64,000 nucleotides of DNA from Amoebidium appalachense (lineage: Eukaryota; Protista; Ichthyosporea), in NCBI GenBank assembly GCA_963693365.1, contig CAVNZM010000001.1, forward strand, positions 21,398,125 through 21,462,124, in the 5' to 3' direction. Positions 62,509 to 64,000 of this stretch are shown here, piece after piece; within the stretch, counting starts at the first letter, position 1; every line of letters begins with the position of its first letter. The translations under genes and the position numbers were made by a program. Below the pieces are notes generated by a model, which did no database searches, was not told where the DNA came from, and saw nothing but the letters and a program-made list of their open reading frames with translations.

Positions 62509-63093
62509 CTTACCGGCTGGGCACACAAATATCCCGTCATGCACCGGGCTGTGCTCGAAGAAAGTAATGAGCTCCTCATGTAGCCAACCCACCAACATGT
62601 CGCGCTCAAGTACATGGTGAGAGGACATGTGTAGACCCCGGCATTCCTTTACTTTCATAATAAACGGTGGATCCTGAAACCTCGCTAGTCTCCGGAACGT
62701 CTGGGGGTTGATGTTAAACAGGGTTGAGACGGCAAATGGGCATCGCAGATGCCCGTGGAATGGGACTCGGTTTTTCTGGCTCAAACGATCCCCGTGTGTT
62801 AGGGCTGTAGCCAGCTCCCACAGTTTTACTCTCCTTTCGGCCAGGCTGTACATTTCATATAAAAGTGATCGTGACTCCCGAACCTGGTCAATCGAGTACG
62901 GGTGCAATTCCAAACATCTGCCCTTTGAGCAACACCTTCGGGTCGATGCGGCCAACTCTATGTTTTCGTTAGAAAGGGCTGTGTCTCGCCTTTTCGTGCG
63001 TGCTGTTTGTGCACCGGGAGGTCGTTTCTGACCCGAGTACTTCCTGGCGGGCTTGAGCACCACCCTTTGCACGTTCGCTAAACTTAAAGCCAT
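48029..63093 (-). CDS. Intron-rich Sola-like DDD transposase gene (at least 11 exons), disrupted by a Copia insertion; 3' end probably extends to ~47160-47460
   Basis: Phase-consistent GT-AG exons 63093-62514, 62250-61992, 61428-61214, 60511-60276, 59964-59713, 59038-58662+52024-52018, 51627-51400, 50574-50349, 49722-49663, 48934-48734, 48179-48029. Motifs: CCSKGRC..C, SECGDC..H, IECDAQDKKK..P, SHDNSAGESKNQY, NMIVGHTHGLQDQKFS, MWDFKSFF. Confidence 0.75.
52030..52952 (+). repeat. Copia 5' LTR (923 bp)
   Basis: TGTTGTAATACGTAG...ACAATTTAACA; direct repeat of ~57809-58661. Confidence 0.93.
52953..52976 (+). promoter_or_regulatory. Primer-binding site complementary to the 5' half of initiator tRNA-Met
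   Basis: GGTTATGCAGCCCTTTTGCACGCT versus the recalled iMet-half complement GGTTATGGGCCCAGCACGCT. Confidence 0.7.
53015..57418 (+). CDS. Copia gag-pol polyprotein (split by single-base frame breaks at homopolymers ~53765, ~54760, ~56725)
   Basis: Zn knuckle CSYCHEPDHTIIDC; protease WDSGC; integrase WHHRLGH..CHGCIMGK, FDSGSEF, PQLNGYVER; RT KARGVAQGFSQ, HQLDVSTAFLN, LYGLKQA, YVDD; RNase H YTDADFAG, EAELIA, CDNQST, NLADILTKPL. Confidence 0.95.
57809..58661 (+). repeat. Copia 3' LTR (~850 bp, many small deletions relative to the 5' LTR)
   Basis: TAATACGTAGTATTACATATTGTAAG...ACAATTTAACA, following the PPT. Confidence 0.9.
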
Positions 63094-63473
63094 TGTGTTG
63101 ATTAGGCTATATCATGGTATTCACCCAAGGTCCACTGTGCACTATGTACTACAACACATGTCTGATTGTGGTCTGATTGTGGCGCGGTTGTGAGTGTATC
63201 CCGCTTTTATATGACATGCATTGTACTGCATGCGCCAATAGGAAATCTCCCTCGTTGGGCGATGGTTTTTCGCTGATCAACATGGTTCTTTTATGACGGC
63301 GTCTCGCGAGGTTGATATCGAGGGTGAACTTTAAAAGTACGCAAACATTAACGTACAACCTTGATCAGTCGTCATCTACTGTGTGTACATACGGGGTGCA
63401 TACTGTATGTCGCATGTACATTACACAAAAATATTGACAGTATGCGCGTGTGATAGTTTGCGTTGTTCAGGGG

Positions 63474-63509
<36 letters not shown>

Positions 63510-63934
63510 GGGGGGGGAGGGGGGGGGGGGGGGGGGGGGGCAGTATGATCTCTACCGCACCACGAAACCAGTTACGGAACGATCTTGGTTTAGCAGCCTT
63601 AGCAAAAATCACCTCAATATCCGGACTCTGGTCGTCCGCGATCGACATCTAAACACGCGTGATCAGGTGTCATCATTTAAAGGAATATGGTATGTCCAAT
63701 AGGAACGCAGCAATATCATACGACATATGATGGTGCTGGCGCACCGAAAATCGGGGTTAGCATATGCCGCACATGTACATGGTCGTCGTCAATCGAGTGG
63801 CCCGGGGCCGCCACTGTCTTATGACATTAATATGCAGTGAACCGCATATACTTGCGTATGGTCACTCGTGCACATGCACATAAGCCTTCTGTCCGACGAT
63901 TGCGTCGTTTCGCCTCAGTGTAAACACACGATAT

Positions 63935-63971
<37 letters not shown>

Positions 63972-64000
63972 GGGGGAAGAGAGAAAGCTTTGAGGGAATC

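Noticed and set aside
63421-63900. Possible additional minus-strand exons (MSIADDQSPDIEVIF...)
   Set aside because: Cannot be linked in frame to the transposase or assigned a product from this window alone.

Overview
This is a eukaryotic, intron-rich window full of microsatellites and homopolymers. An integrin-linked-kinase-like gene points to a unicellular amorphean, possibly a holozoan (inference only). The first ~39.5 kb is host-gene territory. It holds the 5' five exons of the ILK-like gene, three paralogous single-exon C2H2 zinc-finger genes, a large multi-exon TPR-like/WD40-like gene and a poorly defined gene with a duplicated 78-nt exon. Interspersed are two copies of a LINE-type retrotransposon, four nested or clustered MITEs, several minisatellites and a ~1.9-kb near-perfect palindrome. 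From ~40 to 64 kb lies a transposon nest: a THAP-domain (P-element-like) remnant, a partial Copia-like LTR/PBS/gag element, and an intron-rich Sola-like DDD transposase gene with one exon split by a full-length Copia element (5-bp TSD). The most unusual signal is in the LINE. It does not end at its poly(A): a near-identical, apparently structured 198-bp module ending ...GTAAACCCCTAA follows the poly(A) in both copies. In one copy the module lies inside the 10-bp target-site duplication; in the other it brackets the element on both sides like a pseudo-LTR. All gene models and family assignments were made by eye and need computational confirmation.
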